Of a stretch of DNA of 64,000 nt, positions 40,270 through 49,302 are shown piece by piece (positions within the stretch are counted from its first letter, which is position 1; every line of letters begins with the position of its first letter). The translations under genes were made by a program, and so were the position numbers. This DNA comes from Bdellovibrionales bacterium (GTDB lineage: Bacteria; Bdellovibrionota; Bdellovibrionia; Bdellovibrionales; JAGQZY01). The stretch covers positions 10,595-74,594 of the forward strand of contig JANPLN010000036.1 of assembly GCA_031426555.1 (NCBI GenBank), in the 5' to 3' direction. The notes beneath the pieces are model-generated. The model did not search any database, was not told the origin of the DNA, and saw only the letters and a list, made by a program, of their open reading frames with translations.

Positions 40270-41469
40270 TTAGAAAATGATCTGAAAGGTGCCGTTGCCA
40301 CCTTCCCAGCTGGGAGCATCCAGATCTGCTGTCAAATACAGGTGTAAAAAGGAAGTTTCATTAAAGTGAATTGTGTAGCGGAGGTTTCCTCTGTGCTCGA
40401 CATCTTTGTTAACATCAGGAGGAATTCGCAGAAACTCAGGCCCAGAAATTGAATAGAGAGACGCCTCGTAGCCAAGGCGTAGCTGATTTACATTTAACTG
40501 ATTGCCCATTAAAGTGTACCAAATATGCGGCGAAAGCGTAAGGGAACGAACTGCTTCGGAGTTGACTTCCCAGCGTCTACTGACACTGGCTATCCCGTAG
40601 GTCCAATATGTATTCTCGTATTGAAGGAGCGCATCAGTGTATTGATTGCGCCAAAGTCCGTAACTACTATCAACCACCCCCTGCTGTTGAATCCCTTCAT
40701 GGCGATACTTATAGCTGACGTCGAAATGAACTTGCTGGTTATCTCCAGCGAAAACCTTTGTTCCCCGGAGGCCCAGTTTCGCATCCCTATGACTGTAATG
40801 TTCTCCCGTATCTAAATTTCGATTCAGTGGCGACTGAATTCGTCCATAATACTCTAAGAAGGAGCTATCTTCATCGTTTAGAAAACGTCCTACAAATCCG
40901 TAAGCCATTGCACGACGACGATCCGACTCATTGCGATCAGTTCGCTTGTTGAAGGAGAAATCAATCCAGGTCGTGTAAAATCGTAGTTGATGATTTTTCC
41001 CTGCATCGATAAGTATGGCAGCACCAAAGTCGTTCCATTTTTTTTCGCTTTTAAGCTCTGTATATGCCACTAAACTTAAGAATGAACTCACTCGATACTG
41101 GAGTTCTAATATGGAGTGATTCACACTTTGCTCTAAATCTTTCTGTTCGGCGTAAGCCAATCGGAAGACGAGATGACTGTTAAGTTGTGTATCGAGCTTT
41201 AAACGGTGTTGTGTGGCGAACCGTGACTGACTCAGACTTCCTATTGATAAATCGTAAACTCGGCTAGATCTCAGGAATGAAGAGTGCATTGAGTTCGGAA
41301 TACGGTAAGTTAAAATATCAGAAAAATACTCTGAATCCAGAAGAGAAGGCCTATTTATTTCTGTAATTTCGGATTCAGAAAAATATCCATACTCTTCAAA
41401 TTGCGCTGCAGCCGGAAGTGCCGCAATAAACAACAAGATAGAAAGATAACTAGAGCTCTTTGATAACAT
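40270..41469 (-). CDS. Hypothetical outer-membrane beta-barrel protein
   Basis: Signal peptide (AAA-QF), alternating aromatic/hydrophobic strands, C-terminal Phe (GTFQIIF). Confidence 0.65.
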   Translation of the reverse strand: MLSKSSSYLSILLFIAALPAAAQFEEYGYFSESEITEINRPSLLDSEYFSDILTYRIPNSMHSSFLRSSRVYDLSIGSLSQSRFATQHRLKLDTQLNSHLVFRLAYAEQKDLEQSVNHSILELQYRVSSFLSLVAYTELKSEKKWNDFGAAILIDAGKNHQLRFYTTWIDFSFNKRTDRNESDRRRAMAYGFVGRFLNDEDSSFLEYYGRIQSPLNRNLDTGEHYSHRDAKLGLRGTKVFAGDNQQVHFDVSYKYRHEGIQQQGVVDSSYGLWRNQYTDALLQYENTYWTYGIASVSRRWEVNSEAVRSLTLSPHIWYTLMGNQLNVNQLRLGYEASLYSISGPEFLRIPPDVNKDVEHRGNLRYTIHFNETSFLHLYLTADLDAPSWEGGNGTFQIIF

Positions 41470-41479
41470 TCAGTCCGTC

Positions 41480-41866
41480 TTAAAGCGGCGACTCGACACA
41501 CTTTTTTCGGTCGCAGACCGTGGTTGTGGTTATGAGGACTTGGCAAGTTCCCATGGTGTTGCCGCCATTAAGTTGAAGATTCTCTTTGCTAATCGCCTCA
41601 TGCAGTCGAGCCCGCTCGATGATTTTGGCGTATTTCGGGTTGTGTGTCGAAACAACGAGGAAGCCCGCAGGACCGCCGCAATGGCGCGCACCCAAGGCCA
41701 CAGACTTGCATTCCTCCGTTCTTGTACACGACAGATCGGAGTTGAGATCGAGGATCTCTTGCATCAAATCATCGGCATTTGGCTTGGCTTTCGTTGCAGG
41801 AGGGCCTCCAGCAGCAAAACTTGTAAAAGCAAAATTAAATAACAGACTCATTAAAAATAGACGCAT
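41480..41866 (-). CDS. Secreted cysteine-rich hypothetical protein
   Basis: Signal peptide; CTRTEEC..GARHCGGP...GTC......C...C. Confidence 0.7.
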   Translation of the reverse strand: MRLFLMSLLFNFAFTSFAAGGPPATKAKPNADDLMQEILDLNSDLSCTRTEECKSVALGARHCGGPAGFLVVSTHNPKYAKIIERARLHEAISKENLQLNGGNTMGTCQVLITTTTVCDRKKCVESPL

Positions 41867-43179
41867 TAGGAAAGTCCTTTCTTGGCCATGACGGCTTCGA
41901 TGTCTACTACTTCTTTAGGAGCAAGGCTCGTCATCACTTCGTGCCCGCTAGCTGTGACGAGCACATCATCCTCGATGCGCACACCGATGCCGCGATACTC
42001 TTTAGGTACGGTATCATCATCCACTGGAATGTAAAGACCGGGCTCCACCGTAATCACCATACCGGCCTCGAGCAAGCGTGATTGCCCTTTGATCTTGTAC
42101 AGACCCACGTCATGTACATCCATTCCCAAAAGATGGCCGATGTTGTGCGGATAGTATTTGCGGTAGGCCATGGAGTGAACATTCTGATCCACCGTGCCCT
42201 TTAAAAATCCCATTTCTATAAGTTCTTTGGTGAGCTGTGTGCGCGCCACCTCTTGCAAATCCTCGTAGCGCAGGCCGGGTTTGACCATGGTGATTAAATG
42301 TTTTTGCACCTTTAGCACGCGGCTATAGACATCTTTTTGTGCAGCTGTGAACTTGCCGTTCAATGGATAGGTTCGAGTGATGTCGGCGGTAAAATAATTT
42401 TTTTCGGCCCCGGCATCAATCAACAAAAGGTCTCCATCTTTGCTCGACGAATTATTATCACGATAATGAAGAATAGTCGCGTTTCCGCCAGCCGCGATGA
42501 TAGAAAAATATCCTTCGCGGTGGGCATTGCGCGAAAAAAACTCGTTAAACAGTATGGCTTGAATCTCTTTTTCGTTCATCCCCGCACGGACTTTTTGCAT
42601 CACGGCCAGGTGGGACTCGGCACTTAAGCGGCAGGCCTCACGATGCCAGTCGATCTCTTGCGCGCTCTTGACGATACGCATTTCGCCAATGATTTCTTTG
42701 GGATCGTGAATAGGCAGCATGCCGCGTCCTGAGCGACCGAGTGTGGTTACGAACTCTTTGATAGCGCGCAACACCAACCAATCGCGCTCAGAAGATTCAA
42801 GCTGATAATAAACGCAATCGACACCGGAAAGCAGCGAGGGCAACTTACTGTGAAACTCTTTAATATCAAAAGCTTCATCCGCGCCGAAAACTGATTTTGC
42901 GCCTTCGAGGCCATAGCGATAACCATCCCAAATTTCTTTAGAGGGGTCGCGAGGACGGACAAACAATTTAAAAGGATTATTTTGACCCGGCAAAAAAACA
43001 CAAATTGCATCTGGCTCCTCGAAGCCTGTCATGTAAACGAAATCACTTTGCGCTCGAAAGCGCTCCCAACCAGATTCCGCGCCCGAAAATAAAATCAATG
43101 CGGAATGTGGTGCCTTTTGTGAAAATGCATCTCGCCGGTTTTTAAATTCTTGCAGGCTACTAAAAGTACGATTTTTCAA
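41866..43179 (-). CDS. pepP: Xaa-Pro aminopeptidase (aminopeptidase P)
   Basis: F.YMTGFEEP, EIWDG, ILHY, LIDAG, ADITRT, HLLGMDVHD, TVEPGLY and GVRIEDD. Confidence 0.95.
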   Translation of the reverse strand: MKNRTFSSLQEFKNRRDAFSQKAPHSALILFSGAESGWERFRAQSDFVYMTGFEEPDAICVFLPGQNNPFKLFVRPRDPSKEIWDGYRYGLEGAKSVFGADEAFDIKEFHSKLPSLLSGVDCVYYQLESSERDWLVLRAIKEFVTTLGRSGRGMLPIHDPKEIIGEMRIVKSAQEIDWHREACRLSAESHLAVMQKVRAGMNEKEIQAILFNEFFSRNAHREGYFSIIAAGGNATILHYRDNNSSSKDGDLLLIDAGAEKNYFTADITRTYPLNGKFTAAQKDVYSRVLKVQKHLITMVKPGLRYEDLQEVARTQLTKELIEMGFLKGTVDQNVHSMAYRKYYPHNIGHLLGMDVHDVGLYKIKGQSRLLEAGMVITVEPGLYIPVDDDTVPKEYRGIGVRIEDDVLVTASGHEVMTSLAPKEVVDIEAVMAKKGLS

Positions 43180-43192
43180 AAAAACTCCCTAA

Positions 43193-44152
43193 CTAAAAAT
43201 TGTATTTCTCGATAATTTGTTTAAGCGGACTTGCCGCACTTTGTCTGCCCAGCTGAATAAGGCGTAGTCTTTGTTCGATGTCGGTGATTTTATAAGCGGA
43301 GGTCTCAACATTGATCACCTCGTGCACGCCCATCATCTTCGCATTTTTTACACTCTGAAGCGAGGCGGCCCACGCCAACCAAATTCCATTGGTGTCATCC
43401 CAGTCTGCAAATTGCTTTTTATCCACACTGTCTAAAACGTTGATCAACACGATCAGTTCCGCACCAGAAGACTTTAAAAACTGAACCGCTTCCTGAAGTG
43501 CAAACGGCGCTGCGAGAACGTCGGAATAACTAAACATCGGCGGAAAGTACCAACAGCCGCGCATGGAATTCTTAAGACTCCCTTTGGTCGCCAGGGACAC
43601 TCGACCGGAAGGGGCGCGCAGGTACGTGCAAGCAAATGGAATTTTAGTCTGCTCAATTCGCGATTCGGTAAAAACTTTTCCCAAAAATAGATCGTAGTCC
43701 TTGCTGGCTGCTGGCTTCATTTTTTTTGAAAACAAACCTTTGTCCGAAAAGGTCGACTTTGGCAATTGGGAAATTTTCCAATCCATTTCGTGAATCTGTC
43801 CGTTGTGGGCGTAAAGACCACCGACGAGCGCTCCCCATTCCAATCCCGCCACGGCCGCGATCGGCAATTTATTTTTTTCGATTTCTTGGAGAACTCCAAT
43901 TTGCGCCAGAGTTTTTGCTCCACCGGGTCCAAAAATTAAACCAATGCGCGGAGCCCGTTGCCCTACAAATTGTGGGACTGTTACCGATTCGCTGGAAGAA
44001 TCGACGACCGGAGTATTAGAACTCGTTGGCATTTGAATTACGGGATCATGGGGAGCGGATGTCGGTTTGGTTTGGCAAGAAACTGCCAACAATAGCAAAA
44101 GAGCGCCGAAACTAATTCTTTTGCAAATATATAAAATACTCTTGGTTTCCAT
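43193..44152 (-). CDS. Patatin-like lipoprotein with degenerate active site
   Basis: LAVSC lipobox; GPGGAK..AQIGVL oxyanion loop; GLEWG in place of GxSxG; no DGG. Confidence 0.7.
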   Translation of the reverse strand: METKSILYICKRISFGALLLLLAVSCQTKPTSAPHDPVIQMPTSSNTPVVDSSSESVTVPQFVGQRAPRIGLIFGPGGAKTLAQIGVLQEIEKNKLPIAAVAGLEWGALVGGLYAHNGQIHEMDWKISQLPKSTFSDKGLFSKKMKPAASKDYDLFLGKVFTESRIEQTKIPFACTYLRAPSGRVSLATKGSLKNSMRGCWYFPPMFSYSDVLAAPFALQEAVQFLKSSGAELIVLINVLDSVDKKQFADWDDTNGIWLAWAASLQSVKNAKMMGVHEVINVETSAYKITDIEQRLRLIQLGRQSAASPLKQIIEKYNF

Positions 44153-44885
44153 CTTCTCCCCGAACTTTTGATTTGAGCGTTCCTAGAACTTTTTTTCCTT
44201 GCTCTGAGAGAGTTTTAACTGTTTTTTCGAGAACACGCAAACCTTCCTCATCGGGAATGGTTCCTTTTTTACCGTGCACACCGCGACCCACCTCATATTG
44301 TGGCTTAAAAAGAACAAGCGCTTGCCCGCCGTGTTTGAGAAGTTCCCATTGGGTTAAAAGGACCGTCTGAGCAGATATAAAAGAGACATCGCAAACAATC
44401 ATGTCGAAGGGCCACGACTCCATGGAGACTTTGATGGCGTCTAATGTTTCGTCTCCAATCACATTGCGCGCATTGATTTTTTCGATGGATAAAATTTGTG
44501 GATGCTCGCGCAAACGCGGATGGAGTTGGTCTTTTCCCACATCGAGCCCCACCACAAACTCCGCGCCATGACGCAACAAACAGTCTGTAAACCCGCCAGT
44601 GGATTGTCCGATGTCTAGAATATTCAACCCCTTGGGAGAAACCTTCCAAAACTCTAGGGCTTCGTGCAGCTTGGCTCCAGAACGAGAAACATATTCCAGC
44701 TCGAGGTTGGCCTCGATTTTCCATTGATCGCTTGATTGCGGTTCAATCTCTTGCGAAACCTTAAGAATAGAAATGGTTTCGCCGTTTCGAACAAAAGAGA
44801 CCAACCCCTTTTCGATGGCGACCTGCGCTTTTTTGCGCGACTCAAAGAGACCCAGTTCTAACAAAACTTTATCTGCTCGCTTCAC
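44112..44885 (-). CDS. tlyA: TlyA family rRNA 2'-O-methyltransferase
   Basis: S4-like N-terminus, YVSRSG.KL, DIGQSTGGFTD, DVSFIS, KPQYE and DGNQEY. Confidence 0.92.
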   Translation of the reverse strand: MKRADKVLLELGLFESRKKAQVAIEKGLVSFVRNGETISILKVSQEIEPQSSDQWKIEANLELEYVSRSGAKLHEALEFWKVSPKGLNILDIGQSTGGFTDCLLRHGAEFVVGLDVGKDQLHPRLREHPQILSIEKINARNVIGDETLDAIKVSMESWPFDMIVCDVSFISAQTVLLTQWELLKHGGQALVLFKPQYEVGRGVHGKKGTIPDEEGLRVLEKTVKTLSEQGKKVLGTLKSKVRGEDGNQEYFIYLQKN

Positions 44886-44886
44886 G

Positions 44887-45732
44887 CTACTTCGTCCGCT
44901 TTAAATTGTATTGAAAAAATTGCCGAAGCTCGTGGAAGACGGAAGGAAGTTGTTCGAGCTCACTGAGCCCCTCCTGAGTTTTTAGGTTTAAAAACTCTGT
45001 GAGCTTTTGCTCACTCATGAAGAAAAGCAAACTTTTTGCTGTTTGATCCTGAACGCCATCTAAAAGATCGTCTTTGATTTGAAAACAGAGGCCGAGATTT
45101 AAACCCAATGCACGGAGTTTTCCACACAGTTCTGGCGGTTCCCCCGCAACGATGGCTGCACCTTCGATGGCCGCTGCGATGAGTTCTGCTGTTTTGTTGG
45201 TATGAACTTTTAAAACCGCGTCCACATTTGCGAGCGGCTGACCCAGCATCATGTCCATGGCTTGTCCACCCACCATTCCACTGGCTCCGGCAGACCGCGC
45301 AAGCAGTGCTGTTAATCTTTGGGCAATGTCGGGACTTTCGGCATAGGCTGTTGCGATGAGCAAAAAACTTTCGGTGAGCAAAGCATCGCCCGCCAAAAGC
45401 GCCAAAGGCTCGCCAAATTTTTTATGATTCGTTGGTAGCCCACGGCGTTCATCATCGTTGTCCATGCACGGCAAATCATCGTGAATTAGGGAATAAGTAT
45501 GAATCATTTCGATGGCCGCCGCCCACGCCGTGGCTTTTTGTGAGACTGCGAGTGCAAGAGTGGGGCGAAAGCGTTTGCCCCCAGAGAACAAGGAGTACTT
45601 CATGGCATTTAAAAGTTGCGGCGATAACGATTCCACATCGCCCGCGCGCAAGCGAAGATACTCTTCTAAAAAAACCTCAACGGCTTCTGTGGCATTGAGG
45701 ATTTCGTGAGTGCCAAAAGAATCTTGGCTCAT
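44887..45732 (-). CDS. ispA: Farnesyl diphosphate synthase (polyprenyl synthetase)
   Basis: GGKRFRP, HTYSLIHDDLPCMDNDDERRG, LAGDALL and FQIKDD. Confidence 0.93.
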   Translation of the reverse strand: MSQDSFGTHEILNATEAVEVFLEEYLRLRAGDVESLSPQLLNAMKYSLFSGGKRFRPTLALAVSQKATAWAAAIEMIHTYSLIHDDLPCMDNDDERRGLPTNHKKFGEPLALLAGDALLTESFLLIATAYAESPDIAQRLTALLARSAGASGMVGGQAMDMMLGQPLANVDAVLKVHTNKTAELIAAAIEGAAIVAGEPPELCGKLRALGLNLGLCFQIKDDLLDGVQDQTAKSLLFFMSEQKLTEFLNLKTQEGLSELEQLPSVFHELRQFFQYNLKRTK

Positions 45733-45944
45733 GGTTTGAAGGGTTGTATCACTGCTTGACCTTGAGCATCTTGTCCCAAAAGCAATTCTACTTTTTGTTC
45801 CGCTTCATCGAGCTCTGTTTGACACGTTCTCGAAAGCTTTACACCCTCTTCGAAAAGTTTGAGTGAATCTTCCAGCGGAATGTCTCCACCTTCCATTTTT
45901 GCAACGATCTCTTCGAGGCGATTTAATTTTTTTTCAAAATCCAT
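45729..45944 (-). CDS. xseB: Exodeoxyribonuclease VII small subunit
   Basis: FEKKLNRLEEIV..ME.GDIPLEDSLKLFEEG. Confidence 0.95.
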   Translation of the reverse strand: MDFEKKLNRLEEIVAKMEGGDIPLEDSLKLFEEGVKLSRTCQTELDEAEQKVELLLGQDAQGQAVIQPFKP

Positions 45945-45969
45945 GACTTCTCCTTTTTAGCTGCGGTTT

Positions 45970-47487
45970 TTAGCTGCAGTTTTTACCTGTGGTTTCGGCA
46001 GCAAATTTTGATTCTGTTGTGCCCATGACTTTAACGCGAACAGCGCCACTGCTTAGCCGCACATCTAACTCTTGATTTGCTTTTACCTGGCTTGCTTCTT
46101 TGATAATATTTTCTCCACTAAAGACTAAGGCATAACCGCGGCCCATTACCTTGAGCGGGCTAAGGGAATCCAACATGGAGACGATACCCGAAAGCTTTCG
46201 CTTTTGGTTTTGCAAAAGAAAACCCACATCTTTTTGCAGCGTTTGTTGCAGATAAGACAGCCGCTGACGACGAGCGTTCAGAATCACGCGTGGACTTTTC
46301 ATTCGCTCCCGTAAAAGGCGAACTTGCATCCGCTGGTCTCGCGCGTATCTTTGCCAGCTTAAAATCATTCGCTGATGAAGATCGTCACAGCGAATCGCAA
46401 GATCCTGCAAACGCCTCTTCGGATCAACCAGCTGTCCCTGAAGACGGTGCAAGCGGCCTTGTTGCTGGCTTAACGAAAATTGAATTCGTTGATACATGTT
46501 TTTTCGCAAGCTGCGGATGCGTTCAGACAACTCCCCAGCGCTTTTTGCAACAATCTCGGCGGCAGCCGAGGGTGTGGGCGCACGCACATCCGCGACAAAG
46601 TCGGCAATGGTAAAATCAATTTCGTGGCCGACGGCTGAGATGATGGGAATTTTTGAGGCGAAGATAGCGCGAGCAACCCGCTCTTCGTTAAAACACCACA
46701 TGTCCTCGATAGATCCACCGCCGCGACCCACAATCAAAACATCAAAGCCACCAATCGCGTTTGCAAGTTGGATTCCGCGCACCACTTCGTCCGCAGCACC
46801 TTCACCCTGCACACGCGCAGGAATCACCGTAACTTTACCACTGCGATAACGCCGACTGAGTACATTTAAGATATCTTGAATGGCCGCGCCCGTTGGCGAG
46901 GTGACCACACCAATGCTTTTAGGTAGCAACGGAAGACTTTGTTTGTGTTCTTGGTCAAACAATCCCTCTTGCTGCAATTTATTTTTAAGTTGTTCGTAGG
47001 CGCGCTGCAAAGCACCCGCGCCCACCGGCTCCATGGTCTCGCAAAATATTTGATAATTTCCGCGCGGCTCATACACCGTCACTCGTCCGCGAACGATGAC
47101 TTCCATGCCGTTGTCAGGACGGAATTTTAATCGGCCGTTAAACCCTTTAAACATCACCGCACTAATTTGTGATTTATCATCCTTCAAGCTAAAATAATAA
47201 TGTCCCGAAGTGTGCGCTTTAAAATTCGAAATTTCGCCCTGAAGCCAAATCGATTTGAATTCGCCTTCGATCTGTTCTTTGATCAATTGATTTAAATTCG
47301 AAACAGAAAGCACAGTGGGCTCGGGCGGTGTTGCGGCCTCGGGCGTGGATTCTGGCGTGAGCACAACTGGGGAAGGCTCGGGCGTTTTTTTACGCACGCT
47401 GTCTGGGCCCGGCTCTAGAAGAGTGTTCCACTTAGTAAAACTCATTTGGTCGTCTGATTGATGACTCGAGGACGTGCTATTTTTCAC
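45970..47487 (-). CDS. xseA: Exodeoxyribonuclease VII large subunit
   Basis: GEISNF..H.SGH.YFSLKD, GRGGGSIED, SAVGHEID and RAPTPSAAAE. Confidence 0.97.
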   Translation of the reverse strand: MKNSTSSSHQSDDQMSFTKWNTLLEPGPDSVRKKTPEPSPVVLTPESTPEAATPPEPTVLSVSNLNQLIKEQIEGEFKSIWLQGEISNFKAHTSGHYYFSLKDDKSQISAVMFKGFNGRLKFRPDNGMEVIVRGRVTVYEPRGNYQIFCETMEPVGAGALQRAYEQLKNKLQQEGLFDQEHKQSLPLLPKSIGVVTSPTGAAIQDILNVLSRRYRSGKVTVIPARVQGEGAADEVVRGIQLANAIGGFDVLIVGRGGGSIEDMWCFNEERVARAIFASKIPIISAVGHEIDFTIADFVADVRAPTPSAAAEIVAKSAGELSERIRSLRKNMYQRIQFSLSQQQGRLHRLQGQLVDPKRRLQDLAIRCDDLHQRMILSWQRYARDQRMQVRLLRERMKSPRVILNARRQRLSYLQQTLQKDVGFLLQNQKRKLSGIVSMLDSLSPLKVMGRGYALVFSGENIIKEASQVKANQELDVRLSSGAVRVKVMGTTESKFAAETTGKNCS

Positions 47488-47493
47488 GGAGGT

Positions 47494-47522
47494 AGATTAG
47501 AGGTGGGTTTGTCCAGGGTCAA
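47494..47522 (-). promoter_or_regulatory. Sigma70-like promoter of xseA, 6 nt from GTG (leaderless)
   Basis: TTGACC-N17-TAATCT-N6-GTG. Confidence 0.6.
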
Positions 47523-47537
47523 TAGGAGAAAAAAAGA

Positions 47538-47708
47538 AATTCTGTGGCAGCTAGGAGAAACAATGAAATCCCAAAAATCAGCAGGTGGGTGGCCATATAA
47601 CAACTTTAGGCTTCCCAGCTTAAACTGGGCCTGCACACCATTGTCAGGGACAGCCCCCTTAGTATGCTTGTAGGATTTCTGTATTCTCAGCTTTACGCCA
47701 CAGAACCC
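47538..47708 (-). ncRNA. ssrS: 6S RNA
   Basis: About 170-nt rod closed by TTCTGTGGC/GCCACAGAA and GAAATCC/GGATTTC; 6S-like segments CATAC, TGGTGTGCAGGCCCAG...CTGGGAAGCCTAAA and CACCCACCTG; extended -10 TGcTAGTAT at 47716-47724; T-tract at the 3' end. Confidence 0.8.
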
Positions 47709-47829
47709 AGATTCAATACTAGCAAAGTTTCGTTGAGAGAGTACAAAAATTTTCGATTTGCGCCAAAAGTCGATGTTTTTTGCTCAAACTTGACTTTGGT
47801 TTTTGGCATGCAGTTCCGATACCAATTTT

Positions 47830-48042
47830 ATGAGTTTTGAATCCTTGGATTTTTTAACAATGTGGTTGGCATTTATTTACGGCGCGGTTCTTTTTTTCGT
47901 TCTCGAACTCCCGCAGTTAAAAAAACTCGAGGAAACCCATGCCAACTATTTTCTCATTTTGCGACAGCATCGTCCTATCGCGCTGTTTTGCCTTTGGTTT
48001 GGCGGTCTTTGGATCCTTCAGGATGTTCTGACAAAGGTCTAA
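47830..48042 (+). CDS. Small 2-TM membrane protein
   Basis: 70 aa with two hydrophobic segments (WLAFIYGAVLFFVL and IALFCLWFGGLWIL). Confidence 0.65.
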   Translation: MSFESLDFLTMWLAFIYGAVLFFVLELPQLKKLEETHANYFLILRQHRPIALFCLWFGGLWILQDVLTKV

Positions 48043-48067
48043 AGTTGAGACACTTTTCTGCCGATAA
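48040..48067 (+). promoter_or_regulatory. Sigma28 (FliA)-like promoter
   Basis: TAAA-N16-GCCGATAA (consensus -10). Confidence 0.7.
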
Positions 48068-48092
48068 TATGATTGAGCAACAAGGGGGCCTG

Positions 48093-49229
48093 ATGCGCTT
48101 TTTCCTTTTTCTATTTTTATCTGTTTTTTCGTTGAACGCGTTTTGCGCCGAGGAAACATCACAAGCAGACCGCGATGCCGCTTGTTCGAATGCCATCGAC
48201 TCTGTAAGAGCCACTTTAGATAACGATATCAAACGCCATCAAAACACAATTGCCGCCAATCCGCCTCACGCGGTGGATGGCGCCAGCAATCAACCGGTCA
48301 CCACAGGCAATCCCGTGACCGACGCCTTTGCAAGCTTGAATAAAGCGCAGAGTGATCTCGCGCAAGCGCAGCAACAAAAAATCCAGGCGCAGTCGCAAGT
48401 TGAAAACGAGTGTTTCCAGCAATTTGAAGATCTCAGTGATAAATGCCACGACATTCGCCAAAAAGAATACGACCGCCTCCGCCAAATTAATATGGCCGAG
48501 GGCGAAAAAATGAAACAGGAAGCGGAAATACGCCAGGGCTGCTGGAAAGAGGCTTCGGCGCTTTTTCAAGCTGAAATTGGACGGTTGGCAGAATATGTAA
48601 ATCGCACCGTGGGCTCTGTGAATGGCGCCACTCGCAGTAAAAAAGACATCGAAGGCTTGCGCTCAAATTTTTATAATCAGTGTATTAACAGCCCGGCCAC
48701 TCAAGAAGCCATCCGCTCCTGCAAAGGAGATTTAGATATTAAAATGCGAAACTTTAGTTTGATGGCGACAGAATTCGCCTCCGACTTGGAATATCATGAA
48801 AATACAAAAATGACTCGTATGAACGATCACTGTAAACTTCGCCAGGAACAAATCGACGCGCAATACGCGCCGATGCGAAACCAAGCGATACAAAACATCG
48901 CCATGAGCGGCGTGGCCATGATGATGGCAAGTTCAACCGCATCAGCTAGCGCCGAGGGCCAGCAACAAGTGCGTGATAGTTACAACAGTTTAAACACGAT
49001 TCTAAATAATTGGGCTCGCATCACGCAAAACTGTACAGGGCTCGATACAGCTACGAGCTCAGCTCCCAATATCGACTCAGTTCCATCCGATGCTTACTCG
49101 GCGATGCAACCCATTCATGAAGCCTGCCGCCCAGCCAATATGCCTGCGAGCGTTCAGTGCTTTAAAAATTCAGGGGCTGCGAGCACTGAGCTGCAAAATG
49201 CAAATCGCGCAACGTCTAGTCAGCGGTAG
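48093..49229 (+). CDS. Secreted cysteine-rich coiled-coil hypothetical protein
   Basis: Signal peptide MRFFLFLFLSVFSLNAFCA; Q/E-rich helices; 10 Cys in the mature part; G-rich RBS-like AAGGGGG. Confidence 0.75.
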   Translation: MRFFLFLFLSVFSLNAFCAEETSQADRDAACSNAIDSVRATLDNDIKRHQNTIAANPPHAVDGASNQPVTTGNPVTDAFASLNKAQSDLAQAQQQKIQAQSQVENECFQQFEDLSDKCHDIRQKEYDRLRQINMAEGEKMKQEAEIRQGCWKEASALFQAEIGRLAEYVNRTVGSVNGATRSKKDIEGLRSNFYNQCINSPATQEAIRSCKGDLDIKMRNFSLMATEFASDLEYHENTKMTRMNDHCKLRQEQIDAQYAPMRNQAIQNIAMSGVAMMMASSTASASAEGQQQVRDSYNSLNTILNNWARITQNCTGLDTATSSAPNIDSVPSDAYSAMQPIHEACRPANMPASVQCFKNSGAASTELQNANRATSSQR

Positions 49230-49267
49230 CTCAAGGCCCTACTTTACGACTGAATATAGAATATCAG

Positions 49268-49296
49268 TTGCCTGAAAATCGCCAGTCTATTACTCT
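49268..49296 (+). promoter_or_regulatory. Sigma70-like promoter of PBP1A, 6 nt from ATG (leaderless)
   Basis: TTGCCT-N17-TACTCT-N6-ATG. Confidence 0.5.
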
Positions 49297-49302
49297 CGAG
49301 AA

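Noticed and set aside
33000..40270. Prophage, IS or integron origin for the island
   Set aside because: No integrase, transposase, tRNA target or flanking direct repeat was seen
47590..47640. SRP RNA interpretation of CAGG...GGAAGC
   Set aside because: No GNRA tetraloop or AGCA motif; the overall pattern fits 6S better
47862..48092. Upstream extension of the 455-aa ORF
   Set aside because: Overlaps a small membrane gene; the signal peptide and promoter place the start at 48093
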